Positions 39,146-49,124 are shown, counted from the stretch's first letter. The stretch: 64,000 nt of DNA from Patescibacteria group bacterium (GCA_021731245.1 JAKFXT010000008.1:1045-65044); one strand, 5' to 3'. A program made the numbers and translations. Notes: generated from the letters alone by a model not told the origin.

Positions 39146-41320
39146 CTATTTTTTCTTTGCGTCTATTTTATGTGGATTATGATTTGCGCATATTTTACTT
39201 GAGCATCTTTCTGGAATTGTTTTAGTGCCCTCCATCATTAGGGAGTTACAAAGTTTACAAATCGCTCCAGTTGGCTTTGCTTTGATAGCATTTTTACAAT
39301 CAGGATAATCACTGCAAGAATAAAATATTCCAAATTTACCACGTCTTTCAATCATTGTTCCTTTATTACATGTTGGACAATTTACCCCAGTATTTTTCTT
39401 AGCGGCCTCAATCGGATCTTCTTTTATAAATTTACATTTAGGATAATTATTACAAGCGATGAAGCGTCCAAATCTTCCATCACGTTCGATAAGCATTCCT
39501 TTTGAACAATCAGGACACTTTTCTCCAGTTTCTTTTGGTCCTTGAAGTTCCTCGCCTGTTTCTGTACGAGCTCCCTGACAATCTGGAAATTTAGAACAAC
39601 TCATAAACTTTCCATTTTTGGATAATTTAAAAATCATATCAGCGCCACACTTTGGACATTTAAATTCAGCGGAAGCAGGACCCAAATCGGTAATTTTTTT
39701 TGCTTCTTTGGTTTTTATTTTTACATCTTTAAGAAATGGAGTGTAGAAATCTCTAAGAGTTTTAACATATTCACGTTTCCCGTTGGCGATATCATCAAGC
39801 TCATCTTCCATTTCAGCTGTAAAAGTATCACTTATATAATTTCCAAAGTTTTCTTCTAGAAATGTACTAACAACGCCACCTGTTTCTGTTGGTTTTAGCG
39901 CGCGACCCTCTTTCACTACATAACCTCTTTGGTCCAGTGTTTTCATAATGGAGGCGTAAGTAGAAGGACGTCCTATGCCACGTTTTTCTAGTTCTTTAAC
40001 AAGCCCTGCTTCTGTGTAGCGTGGTGGTGGTTCCGTTTCTTTCCCTTGCGAATTTATTTCTATCAATTTCAAATCTTCGTCCACTATAACTTTTGGCAAT
40101 TCTACATCTTCTCCACGTGCGTCAGTGTCGCAGGCGAGCCATCCTGGGAAAAGGACACGAGAACCTGTTGTGGAAAATGGGGGAGCATCCCCATCGATTA
40201 TTTCTGTAATTATTTTTGTTCGGAGTAGCTTGGCATCAGCCATTTGAGAAGAAACAGCTCTGTCGTGAATTAGTCTATAAAGTTTTTTCTGCTCCTCATT
40301 ATTCCCAGCGCTCATTTTAGTTGCATGTGATGGACGTATGGCTTCGTGCGCTTCTTGTGCATTTTTACTTTTAGTAGCAAATTGTTTTAGTGCCAAATAT
40401 TCTTTTCCATATTCTTTTTCAATTACCCCAGCAATTTCTTTTTGCGCTCCTAGACTCAAAGTAGTTGAGTCTGTTCTCATATAAGTTATAAAACCAGCTT
40501 CATATAATTTCTGTGCAATGCCCATAGTGCGTGATGGAGAAAATCCAAGACGAGAGGAGGCTGTTTGTTGAAGAGTAGATGTGGTAAATGGTGCGCGAGC
40601 AGAACGTTTTACTTCGCTTTCCACAACGTCCGCTACTTTCCAGAGCTTTGTATTTCCAGCTTTAAGTATTTTTTCCACTTCTTTTTCATCTCGCGGTTCT
40701 TTTTCGCAAGTGACTAGAAAACTAGCGTTTTTGTTTTTTACATTAGCCGTAATAACCCAATATTTTTCTGGGATGAAAGCGCGTATTTCTCGCTCGCGTT
40801 CCATTATTATGCGCAAAGCTGGGGATTGAACACGTCCAGCAGAAAGCCCATAACGAACCTTTTTCCAAATAAGCCCTGATAAATCATATCCCACCAATCT
40901 ATCCAAAACGCGACGAGCTTCCTGTGCCTCCTTTAGCTTCATATCTATAGTACGTGGGTTGGCCACCGCTTCCTTCACTGCTTCTTCTGTAATTTCGTGA
41001 AATGTAACACGCTTTGGCTTTTTAAGTCCCAAAGCTTCTTTAATATGCCAAGCAATAGCTTCCCCCTCTCTATCCGGGTCGGTCGCAAGATATATTTCCT
41101 TTGCTTTTTTAGCTAAGTCCGTTAGTTCTTGAATCACCTTTTCTTTGCCACGACTCACTTCATAATGGGGAATAAAACCACCATCTATATCAATCGCTTT
41201 TTTATTATTTTTAGGCAAATCACGAACATGTCCCACAGACGCACGCACAGTAAAATCCCCACCGAGATATTTCTCAATAGTTTTTGCTTTAGCGGGTGAC
41301 TCTACAATTAATAATTTCAT
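39146..41320 (-). CDS. topA: DNA topoisomerase I with four C-terminal C4 zinc ribbons
   Basis: TOPRIM N-terminus LLIVESPAKAKTI, active-site region, repeated CP.C...C..C ribbons. Confidence 0.9.
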   Translation of the reverse strand: MKLLIVESPAKAKTIEKYLGGDFTVRASVGHVRDLPKNNKKAIDIDGGFIPHYEVSRGKEKVIQELTDLAKKAKEIYLATDPDREGEAIAWHIKEALGLKKPKRVTFHEITEEAVKEAVANPRTIDMKLKEAQEARRVLDRLVGYDLSGLIWKKVRYGLSAGRVQSPALRIIMEREREIRAFIPEKYWVITANVKNKNASFLVTCEKEPRDEKEVEKILKAGNTKLWKVADVVESEVKRSARAPFTTSTLQQTASSRLGFSPSRTMGIAQKLYEAGFITYMRTDSTTLSLGAQKEIAGVIEKEYGKEYLALKQFATKSKNAQEAHEAIRPSHATKMSAGNNEEQKKLYRLIHDRAVSSQMADAKLLRTKIITEIIDGDAPPFSTTGSRVLFPGWLACDTDARGEDVELPKVIVDEDLKLIEINSQGKETEPPPRYTEAGLVKELEKRGIGRPSTYASIMKTLDQRGYVVKEGRALKPTETGGVVSTFLEENFGNYISDTFTAEMEDELDDIANGKREYVKTLRDFYTPFLKDVKIKTKEAKKITDLGPASAEFKCPKCGADMIFKLSKNGKFMSCSKFPDCQGARTETGEELQGPKETGEKCPDCSKGMLIERDGRFGRFIACNNYPKCKFIKEDPIEAAKKNTGVNCPTCNKGTMIERRGKFGIFYSCSDYPDCKNAIKAKPTGAICKLCNSLMMEGTKTIPERCSSKICANHNPHKIDAKKK

Positions 41321-41376
41321 AAGTAGTCACCGCAACAAATAACACGAGGGCTATTGTAGTGTCAAATTTTATTTTT

Positions 41377-42240
41377 TTAAATTCTTCTTATTTCTCCCAA
41401 AGATTCTTTGATTAATCCTTTAATCTCCATTACAGAAAGTAAAGTGTTGATTTCGTTTATTGGCATGTTGATAAGAAAAATTAAATCTTCTTTAGATTTT
41501 GGCTCTCTAAGTATTTCTAGAACTTTTATTTCATCCGCTGAACAGTCACTTGGCATACCAAAATCTAATTTTTCCTTATCAGTTTCTATATGAAGTGCCT
41601 CTAGAATATCGTCACTATTTCTTATTGGTGTTGCGCCCAATTTCAAAAGCATATGCGGACCTTCTGATGTTGTAGAAAACATTGAACCAGGGACTGTTAA
41701 AACATCTCTATTGTATTCTGTTGCAAGGCGCGAAGTTATAAGAGTTCCCGACATTTTCTCGGCTTCAATAACAAATGTGGCGTGCGACATGCCCGCCATT
41801 ATTCTATTTCTTTGTGGGAATGTGTAAGGAGCAGCTTTTAAGTTTGGTTCAAATTCAGAAAGTAAAAGACCCCCTGCTTTCAATATTCTTTCGGACAATC
41901 CAAAATTAGTTCTCGGATAAATTACATTTGGGTGAATTCCAGAACCAGGTATGGCAATAGTTTTTATTCCCGCACTTAATGCAAATTCGTGAGCAAGGGC
42001 ATCCATGCCGAGTGCCATACCAGAAATTATTATTACAGGATATCCACGGAGCCCTTGAATTAATTTTTGACAGGCAGATTTTCCATATTCGCTATATTTA
42101 CGTGAGCCGACAATTGCTAAGAATTTATTATTTTCCCAATCGGGGAGAGTCCCACGATAATAAAGTTTTTTAGGTGGGCTCGGTATTTCTTTTAAAAGGG
42201 GAGGGAAATTTTCTGGAGATATTTCTTTTATCTCATTCAT
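41377..42240 (-). CDS. dprA: DNA processing protein DprA/Smf
   Basis: Rossmann-like core AIVGSRKYSEYG, GMALGMDALAH, FPQRNRIMAG; conserved dprA-topA synteny. Confidence 0.85.
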   Translation of the reverse strand: MNEIKEISPENFPPLLKEIPSPPKKLYYRGTLPDWENNKFLAIVGSRKYSEYGKSACQKLIQGLRGYPVIIISGMALGMDALAHEFALSAGIKTIAIPGSGIHPNVIYPRTNFGLSERILKAGGLLLSEFEPNLKAAPYTFPQRNRIMAGMSHATFVIEAEKMSGTLITSRLATEYNRDVLTVPGSMFSTTSEGPHMLLKLGATPIRNSDDILEALHIETDKEKLDFGMPSDCSADEIKVLEILREPKSKEDLIFLINMPINEINTLLSVMEIKGLIKESLGEIRRI

Positions 42241-42282
42241 TAAAAAATTGTATCACGATAAATATTTATCAATTTCCACATA

Positions 42283-42311
42283 TTGACAAATCTGTTTATT
42301 TAGTGTATTAT
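42283..42311 (+). promoter_or_regulatory. consensus-like promoter TTGACA-17-TATTAT, copy 1 of a duplicated ~30-bp promoter module
   Basis: ttgacaaatctgtttatttagtgtattat read directly; ATG 42359 downstream with GAAGGAG RBS. Confidence 0.45.
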
Positions 42312-42343
42312 TAAGGATAGATTTTCCGAATAACGCTTTCTTT

Positions 42344-42811
42344 TTGAAGGAGCAGAAAATGAACAAAATCCTGATTTTCTTGGCGTTTTTCGTCACCCTG
42401 ACCGGCAATGTTCGCGCAAGTGGAGACGGGGACGGTGGCGATGGTGCAGGCGGTGGAGATGGTGGAGGTGCGGGGAAACAAATCCCGCAGTACGAAAAAT
42501 GCTTCACCTTCGGTCGCGCGCTCCTCAACAGGGTGAACGACGAAAAGATTTCCGAGACCGATGCTCTCAAGATTGCCAGGGCAAATGCCACGATTCTCTA
42601 CCCTGGAAAGACCGACCTCTGGGAACCCATCGTCGCGGACGCGGTGAAGTATGCGTACTCGTTGAGTCTTGCGACAGCAAGATCGCAAGTCGGAACCCAG
42701 CTCACCGGCGACTGCGCGCAGGCGGATGCGGTGCTCAAGAGTAAAGACCGCTGGGGAGACAATCAAGGATGGATTTCCAGGGTGGAAAAAGTTCCGGCGA
42801 AAAAGAAGTAA
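42344..42811 (+). CDS. secreted Gly/Asp-rich small protein in a GC-rich island
   Basis: signal peptide (start likely ATG 42359 MNKILIFLAFF), (GD)n/GGG tract, GC3-rich; terminator 42834-42868. Confidence 0.45.
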   Translation: MKEQKMNKILIFLAFFVTLTGNVRASGDGDGGDGAGGGDGGGAGKQIPQYEKCFTFGRALLNRVNDEKISETDALKIARANATILYPGKTDLWEPIVADAVKYAYSLSLATARSQVGTQLTGDCAQADAVLKSKDRWGDNQGWISRVEKVPAKKK

Positions 42812-42866
42812 GTCGCTTGCGAGCGACGGAATAGGCGGGTGTGCAAGCACCCGCCTTTTGTTTTGT

Positions 42867-42895
42867 TTGACAAATTTGTATATTTAGTGTATTAT
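42867..42895 (+). promoter_or_regulatory. consensus-like promoter TTGACA-17-TATTAT, copy 2 (27/30 nt identical to copy 1)
   Basis: ttgacaaatttgtatatttagtgtattat; GGGAGA RBS and ATG 42938 downstream. Confidence 0.45.
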
Positions 42896-42937
42896 TTAAA
42901 ATAGAAGTGTTTCGACAACTAACTATGGGAGATTTCC

Positions 42938-43222
42938 ATGAACGCTGATTTGCTGATTGGAGCTGTTTGCTGGGGCTTGATGTTCCTCTTCTTTTTTTGG
43001 AACATCTTCCACAGGAAGGAGGGCGAGAAATTCCTCACCATTCTGACTGGCGGTGGGGTGTCGGCATACTGTCTGTCCGGGATTTTGTTCCATATCACCT
43101 TCCCGAGCTACTCGACATGGAGCTTCAAGGCCCTCCAGGTTTGGTCCTTGGCCGGCATGCTCATGGTTCTCATCGTGGTGATGATGGCGATTCGTGGCAG
43201 TCCCGAAAGAGGAAGAAACTGA
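42938..43222 (+). CDS. small 3-TM membrane protein in a GC-rich island
   Basis: three hydrophobic helices, GC3-rich; terminator 43242-43279 (agccggttccg...cggaaccggct + T-run). Confidence 0.4.
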   Translation: MNADLLIGAVCWGLMFLFFFWNIFHRKEGEKFLTILTGGGVSAYCLSGILFHITFPSYSTWSFKALQVWSLAGMLMVLIVVMMAIRGSPERGRN

Positions 43223-43304
43223 TATAGAAGGCAACAGGTCGAGCCGGTTCCGCATCACGGAACCGGCTTTTCATTTTTCATACTTATAATTTATACTTGA
43301 CTCC

Positions 43305-44567
43305 ATGCTTGATATTAAGTTTATTCGCGAAAATAAAGATTTAGTTGATTTGGCCGCCAAGAAAAAATTAATTAAGTTTGATGTTTCCAAGTTGCTCGCG
43401 GTGGATGAAAGACGCCGAGAGACTTTGCAATTGGTAGAAAGTAAGCGTGCGGAACAAAATAATACTGCTGGAGCTGTTGCTATAGAAAAAGATATTAATA
43501 AAAGAGGGCAATTAATAGCTGAATCAAAGCTTGTAAAAGAAGAATTACAGAAAGAAGAAGAAAATCTCAAAGAAATAATGAAGGAGTGGCAATCTTTGAT
43601 GCTTCAAGTTCCTAACATTCCCGATATGTCTGTCCCAGATGGAATGAGTGATGCCGATAATAAAGAAATAAAAGTTTGGGGAGAAAAAACAAAATTTGAA
43701 TTCGAGGCGAAGGGGCACACTGATTTAATGCTCTTGCACGATATGATTGATTTAGAACGTGGGGTGAAGGTATCTGGTTTCAGAGGATATTTTTTGAAAA
43801 ATGATGGAGCTCTTTTATCTTTTGCTATTTGGCAATATGCCCAGAGATTTTTTTTGAGTAAAGGATTTTCACCAATAATCTCTCCTTCTTTGATTAGAAG
43901 GGAAGTTCTTATGGGTAGTGGATATTTGCCACAAGGTGAAGAAGATTTGTATAAAACACAAGATGGAGAATATTTGGCGGGAACTGCAGAAGTTGGAATG
44001 ATGGGTTATCACATGGATGAGATTTTAAAAAAAGAAGAATTACCAATAAAGTTTCTAGGTTTTTCTCCGTGTTTCAGACGTGAAGCGGGAGCACATGGTA
44101 AAGATACTAAAGGACTTATTCGAGTGCATGAATTTTATAAATGGGAGCAAGTTATTTTGTGTGAAGCAACGCATGAGGAGAGTGTGAAATATCATGAGTG
44201 GCTAAATAGAAATACAGAAGAATTTATAGAATCTTTAGGCCTTCCATATCACACAGTTATAAATTGTGGAGGGGACTTGGGTCTTGGACAGGTTAAGAAA
44301 TATGATATTGAACTTTGGGTTCCAGGAGAGCAGAAATATAGAGAAATAAGTTCCGCCTCATATTTTCATGATTTTCAGACGCGTCGCCTTAATATTCGTT
44401 ACAAAGACTCTGATGGCACAATGCGTTTTGCGCACTCATTAAATAGCACAGCCATTCCCACTCCTAGAATTCTAGTTTCAATTGTTGAAAATAATCAGCA
44501 AGCAGATGGCAGTATAAAAATTCCTGAAGCCCTTGTGCCGTATTTGGGTAAGGATACAATAAAATAG
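43305..44567 (+). CDS. serS: seryl-tRNA synthetase
   Basis: N-terminal coiled-coil tRNA-binding arm, class II motif 2 FRREAGAHGKDTKGLIRVHEF, motif 3 region. Confidence 0.9.
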   Translation: MLDIKFIRENKDLVDLAAKKKLIKFDVSKLLAVDERRRETLQLVESKRAEQNNTAGAVAIEKDINKRGQLIAESKLVKEELQKEEENLKEIMKEWQSLMLQVPNIPDMSVPDGMSDADNKEIKVWGEKTKFEFEAKGHTDLMLLHDMIDLERGVKVSGFRGYFLKNDGALLSFAIWQYAQRFFLSKGFSPIISPSLIRREVLMGSGYLPQGEEDLYKTQDGEYLAGTAEVGMMGYHMDEILKKEELPIKFLGFSPCFRREAGAHGKDTKGLIRVHEFYKWEQVILCEATHEESVKYHEWLNRNTEEFIESLGLPYHTVINCGGDLGLGQVKKYDIELWVPGEQKYREISSASYFHDFQTRRLNIRYKDSDGTMRFAHSLNSTAIPTPRILVSIVENNQQADGSIKIPEALVPYLGKDTIK

Positions 44568-45398
44568 ATGTTTTCAAGCAAAGGGGTTTTATCCTCTCCG
44601 CAGGCACAAAAGAAAAAAAGAATAAACCGTATTAAGGGCACACTTACGTTTATTTTTATTATTTTAGGTATTAGTTCTGGTCTATACAGTGCTCCAAGGT
44701 ATAAGGAGGTCACAATTTATAATATTTCAATATCAGGAAATGAGGTAATAGAAAAAAATACTATTGAGAATATTGTTTCGGAAAAGCTCTCTGGCAATCA
44801 ATATCTATTTTTCCCTAATAGAAACATTTTTCTCTACCCAAAAACATCTATCATTGATTCAATAAAAAATATAAGCCCCTATATTTTAAGCGCCAATGTT
44901 TCCTTTGGAAATTTCAATAGTATTAATGTGGAAGTAATAGAAAGGAAACCCCACTCTCTATATTGTGGAGCAGAATATAAAAAGGAAGATGGTGTTAGTT
45001 GTTATTTCTTAGATGACAAAGGTTTTATTTTTGATGAAGCTCCTCAATTTTCGGGTAATACTTTTGTTAGATACTTTGGCACAACCACAGAGCCATATAT
45101 TGGCAACACTTACTCAAACACTATTTTATTCCAAACACTCTCTCGTTTTATAGATAATTTGAAAGAAAAAGGATTAGATGTGGTTTCTGTGCGCATTATT
45201 TCACCTGATGAGATTTTATTTTATCTAGATACTGGAAGTAAATTGATTATTTCTGAAAAAACAGACTATAACAAAGTCATTACTTATATTGCAGACATAA
45301 TGACAAGTGCTGATTTTAAAGGAAAAGATGAAAACGGGAAATTAAATGTTTCTTATGTAGATTTTCGTTTCGGTAACAAAATATTCTACAAAAAATAA
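44568..45398 (+). CDS. FtsQ/DivIB-like POTRA-domain membrane protein (tentative)
   Basis: N-terminal TM then V.I.ISGNEVIEKNTIENIV...INVEVIERKPH pattern resembling FtsQ POTRA; not adjacent to ftsA/Z. Confidence 0.35.
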   Translation: MFSSKGVLSSPQAQKKKRINRIKGTLTFIFIILGISSGLYSAPRYKEVTIYNISISGNEVIEKNTIENIVSEKLSGNQYLFFPNRNIFLYPKTSIIDSIKNISPYILSANVSFGNFNSINVEVIERKPHSLYCGAEYKKEDGVSCYFLDDKGFIFDEAPQFSGNTFVRYFGTTTEPYIGNTYSNTILFQTLSRFIDNLKEKGLDVVSVRIISPDEILFYLDTGSKLIISEKTDYNKVITYIADIMTSADFKGKDENGKLNVSYVDFRFGNKIFYKK

Positions 45399-45416
45399 AA
45401 CAAGCGGAAGTCTACA

Positions 45417-45710
45417 TCAACTTCCGCTTTTCCTCAAAAGATTAAAAAGATTATAGAAACATTCGTATATAGCGATTTCGCTTGAGGCGCCTACTCCAAA
45501 GCATTTTTCAGGGTGGAATATTTGGGCAACTATAATTCTCCTTTTTTGCTTGTTAATCGAGAATTCCTGTGTAGATATGTAGACAAGGGTTGTCTGTCTC
45601 GATCTCAGTGGTTCAGCGGATCCCGACCTGATCACAGTTCCTTTTGGAACAGGTATGACCCCCTCGTACTCAAAAGCTTCCTTCAAGATTTCGTTCATTG
45701 TCTCTCCCAA
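45417..45710 (-). CDS. hypothetical protein
   Basis: ORF only; bidirectional hairpin terminator at 45399-45416 (aagcggaagt...acttccgctt). Confidence 0.25.
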   Translation of the reverse strand: MGETMNEILKEAFEYEGVIPVPKGTVIRSGSAEPLRSRQTTLVYISTQEFSINKQKRRIIVAQIFHPEKCFGVGASSEIAIYECFYNLFNLLRKSGS

Positions 45711-45774
45711 GGTACAGTTTCTTCTTTATACAATCACAAAGCATTATTTCTATCAAATTTAGCTTTGTGTTAAT

Positions 45775-46734
45775 GTGCATTTTGTAATGAGTAATTTTTG
45801 GGAAAAGTTGAATAAGCCATTTTTTGTTTTAGCTCCGCTTGCTGATGTTACGGATGCGGCCTTTCGTCGTGTCATTGCAAAGTATGGAAAGCCGGATGTC
45901 CTCTGGACCGAATTCGTTTCCGCGGATGGGCTCATGAGTCCGGGGCGTGAAGTTTTGCTAAATGATTTGAAATATACAGAAGGGGAGCGTCCGATTGTTG
46001 CACAACTTTTTTCAGGACACCCAGAGAAAATGTTTGGCGCGGCCAAGCTCTGTAAAGAATTAGGATTTGATGCAATTGATATAAATATGGGTTGTCCTGA
46101 TAAATCCATAGAAAAACAATGTGCGGGGGCGGCTTTAATAAAAAACCCAGAGTTAGCCAAAGAAATAATTCGTGCCGCTAAGAGTGGCGCGGAAGGACTT
46201 CCTATTTCCGTTAAAACTCGTGTGGGTTACAACAAAGATGAAATATATACTTGGATTCGCTCTCTTCTTGAAGAAGATTTGGCAGTACTAACAATTCATG
46301 CGAGAACCAGAAAAGAAATGTCTCTTGTTCCTGCGCGATGGGAAGATGTCGCAAGAGTTGTGAAATTACGAGATGAAATGAAAAAGAAAACTTTGATAAT
46401 TGGAAATGGGGATGTAAAAAATTTAGATGATACACGCGAAAAAGCAAAAACAAGTGGAGCCGATGGAATAATGCTAGGGCGGGCTATTTTTGGTAACCCA
46501 TGGTTATTTTCTGAAAAAGTGCCGGATATAAAAGAAAAATTATCTGTAATGGTGGAACATACAAAACTTTTTGAAGAATTGTTGGGGGGTATAAAAAGTT
46601 TTGCCATTATGAAAAAACATTACAAAGCCTATGTAAACGGTTTTGATGGAGCTAAAGAATTACGTATGAAATTAATGGATTGTAATAATGCCACTGAAAT
46701 AGAAACTATTGTAAATGAATTTTTAAAAGGGTAG
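45775..46734 (+). CDS. dus: tRNA-dihydrouridine synthase
   Basis: TIM-barrel Dus motifs LAPLADVTD, DINMGCPDK (catalytic Cys), HARTR. Confidence 0.85.
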   Translation: MHFVMSNFWEKLNKPFFVLAPLADVTDAAFRRVIAKYGKPDVLWTEFVSADGLMSPGREVLLNDLKYTEGERPIVAQLFSGHPEKMFGAAKLCKELGFDAIDINMGCPDKSIEKQCAGAALIKNPELAKEIIRAAKSGAEGLPISVKTRVGYNKDEIYTWIRSLLEEDLAVLTIHARTRKEMSLVPARWEDVARVVKLRDEMKKKTLIIGNGDVKNLDDTREKAKTSGADGIMLGRAIFGNPWLFSEKVPDIKEKLSVMVEHTKLFEELLGGIKSFAIMKKHYKAYVNGFDGAKELRMKLMDCNNATEIETIVNEFLKG

Positions 46735-46778
46735 TCTGAAGTAAATTTGTTCCCAAGGGAGGTCTCAGTGGCTTATGG

Positions 46779-47091
46779 TTTCGTGTGTTCCCGTTGCGGA
46801 AGTGTCGAGGGTGTGCACGGATTTGAGCCTGATGAGGATGGCTCAAAACGCTTGAGTGCATATCGCTCCAATCTCAACTCCTGTCCTGGCTTCAAGTACA
46901 AGAGAAAAGATGAGAGATTGGCTGTACACGCATACTCATGGTGTCCAACCAGTACTTTTCCTAGAGAAATACTCTTGAGAGATCAGAGACGGCAATATGG
47001 AGGAAAAAAAATTAAACACATCAACCACTCAGTTACAGCAATTTTGTTCTTCAGCGGGGGTCGCAGTGCGGTGGTCGACATCGGCTCGTAG
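46779..47091 (+). CDS. small Cys-rich (CxxC) hypothetical protein in a GC-rich island, GTG start
   Basis: AAGGGAGG RBS before GTG 46779; terminator 47103-47136 (gggcgc...gcgccc + T-run). Confidence 0.35.
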
Positions 47092-47201
47092 TTTTTGGGG
47101 TGGGGCGCTTGAAACATGGCGCCCTTTCTTTTTGTCTTGTAAAACTTTTTTTAAAGTAGTTTAATAGCCTTGACTGAACATTCACAAAGAAAGGACAAAG
47201 G

Positions 47202-47597
47202 ATGTTTCAACAAAGCGATTTCCCCACCCCTCGAATACTGGGTCTTGCGTGGGCAACGGCTTTTTCCATGGACAGAGAAGTCGAAAGAATTATTTCTTCC
47301 TGGAATGACGGTAAAGCCAAGATTTCGTTCATGCAGTTGGTGAACTCTAAGCCTTTTGGCCCCCTTGCTTTTGATGCCATGCTTGAATCTCTGAACCCGG
47401 ACGTTACCGCTACACTGCGAAACTTAGTCAAAAAAGATTTGAACAAGAAACTCTGGGTCGTGTATTGCAAACTAAAAGCAGAAAAAGGTCTACGTAGGCC
47501 ACCAACCTTCAATCCATTGACCTTTCTCCACGCCTGTACTTTGGACCCAGCCATTTTTTCTTATCAAGCTGAAGAGTATTGCGTGCAGGAAGTTTGA
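47202..47597 (+). CDS. hypothetical protein in a GC-enriched island
   Basis: ORF with AAGGA RBS; terminator 47598-47632 (agtgcgcc...ggcgcact + TTTTGTTT). Confidence 0.35.
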   Translation: MFQQSDFPTPRILGLAWATAFSMDREVERIISSWNDGKAKISFMQLVNSKPFGPLAFDAMLESLNPDVTATLRNLVKKDLNKKLWVVYCKLKAEKGLRRPPTFNPLTFLHACTLDPAIFSYQAEEYCVQEV

Positions 47598-47660
47598 AGT
47601 GCGCCCCGACACCAAGGGCGCACTTTTTGTTTGGGGGATTTTTTCAGATATACTAGTGCA

Positions 47661-48698
47661 ATGTCGGAAGTTGCTTTATATAGAAAATACAGACCAAAGA
47701 CTTTTGCTGATGTCTTGGATCAAGAAGAAGTAGTTAAGGTATTGGAGTCTGCCATAAAAAAAGATAATATTTCTCACGCCTACATTTTTGCGGGAAGCCG
47801 TGGTACTGGTAAAACATCTGTTGCTAGAATATTTGCAAGAGAAATCGGCACAACCGATGATGATATTTATGAAATAGACGCGGCTTCAAATCGAGGAATA
47901 GACGAAATTCGTGTTATTCGGGATGCGGTACACACTTCACCGTTTTCTTCAAAATATAAAGTATATATTTTAGACGAAGCGCACATGCTTACTAAAGATG
48001 CCTGGAATGCACTTTTGAAAACTTTAGAAGAGCCACCAGCTTATGTGATTTTTATATTAGCTACGACCGAGATAGAAAAGGTGCCAGAAACTGTACTTTC
48101 TCGATGCCAAACATTTTCTTTTAAAAAACCAACCCACGAAACTTTAAAAAAGGTGATTACGGATATAGCTAAAGCTGAAGGTTTTGCATTAGATAAATCT
48201 GCATCAGAACTCATTTCTTTTTTGGGAGATGGATCTTTTCGTGACGCACAAGTGATTTTACAAAAGATAATTACTGCACAAAGCGGTAAAAATATCTCAA
48301 TTGAAGATGTGGAAGCAGTAAGTGGGGCGCCAAAAGGAAAACTCTTGGAGGATGTTATTTTAGGTATTGAAGAAAAGAACGGTGGTAAGTCACTTTTAGC
48401 GCTTGAAAAAGCCAAGGAACAAAACATCGACATGAAATTATTTCTCCGGTTACTTCTTGAAAGGGTGCGCGTAGTACTTTTACTTCGTTTTGCCAAAGAA
48501 ATGGAGAAAAAGCTTTCGGAAAATTATACAGAAGATGATTTTAAATTATTGAAAGATTTAGCTAATAAAAAAGGTGGGGTAATAAATTCTAAAGTATTGG
48601 ACGAACTACTTCGAGCGTATGAAGAAATAAACTTCGCCGCTATCAAAGAACTCCCACTCCAGCTTGCCCTCATGCGAATAATAGGTGAAAATAAGTAA
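47661..48698 (+). CDS. dnaX: DNA polymerase III subunit gamma/tau (short)
   Basis: YRPKTF, AAA+ Walker A GSRGTGKTS, Walker B ILDEAHML, sensor SRC. Confidence 0.85.
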   Translation: MSEVALYRKYRPKTFADVLDQEEVVKVLESAIKKDNISHAYIFAGSRGTGKTSVARIFAREIGTTDDDIYEIDAASNRGIDEIRVIRDAVHTSPFSSKYKVYILDEAHMLTKDAWNALLKTLEEPPAYVIFILATTEIEKVPETVLSRCQTFSFKKPTHETLKKVITDIAKAEGFALDKSASELISFLGDGSFRDAQVILQKIITAQSGKNISIEDVEAVSGAPKGKLLEDVILGIEEKNGGKSLLALEKAKEQNIDMKLFLRLLLERVRVVLLLRFAKEMEKKLSENYTEDDFKLLKDLANKKGGVINSKVLDELLRAYEEINFAAIKELPLQLALMRIIGENK

Positions 48699-48703
48699 AT
48701 ATA

Positions 48704-48733
48704 TATTCTGATATTCTGCAGAATATCAGAATA
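48704..48733. repeat. 30-bp perfect palindrome tattctgatattctgcagaatatcagaata, copy 1 (between dnaX stop and ArsR start)
   Basis: read directly; identical copy at 49005-49034. Confidence 0.7.
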
Positions 48734-48746
48734 GATAAATGAGTTT

Positions 48747-49013
48747 ATGAAAACCAGTAAGCAACTAGAAAGATATTTCAAAGGTGCAGCAAATCATTGG
48801 CGCATTTCCATATTGTTATTAGTCGACAAACAAGAGGGCGTTACAGTAGAGGGTATTGCGGATAATTTGAATGGAAATTTAAAAACAATTTCTCAACACA
48901 CAAGGTCTTTGGTTCATGCTGGGTTACTTAATAAAAAATATAAAGGTAACAGAGTTAATCACACTCTATCTCCTTATGGAAAAATGTTTTTACGCTTCAT
49001 AAAACTATTCTGA
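48747..49013 (+). CDS. ArsR/SmtB-family winged-helix transcriptional regulator
   Basis: HTH region RISILLLVDKQEGVTVEGIADNLNGNLKTISQHTRSLVHAGLL matches ArsR-type wHTH; 88 aa. Confidence 0.6.
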   Translation: MKTSKQLERYFKGAANHWRISILLLVDKQEGVTVEGIADNLNGNLKTISQHTRSLVHAGLLNKKYKGNRVNHTLSPYGKMFLRFIKLF

Positions 49014-49034
49014 TATTCTGCAGAATATCAGAAT
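49005..49034. repeat. 30-bp perfect palindrome, copy 2 (overlaps ArsR stop; followed by TAGTTTTAT, terminator-like)
   Basis: identical to 48704-48733. Confidence 0.7.
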
Positions 49035-49124
49035 AGTTTTATGGCAATTGGGAAGACAAGAGATTGAGGAAAAGAGGTTTTTGTTGTAAATTAGTTAAGT
49101 TTTGCAAAGTTTCGTGTTTAGAGC

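Noticed and set aside
42253-42850. Minus-strand ORFs of 112 and 179 aa antisense to the secreted Gly/Asp-rich gene
   Set aside because: Antisense frames in GC-rich DNA, one overlapping the promoter; Pro/Arg-rich low-complexity products
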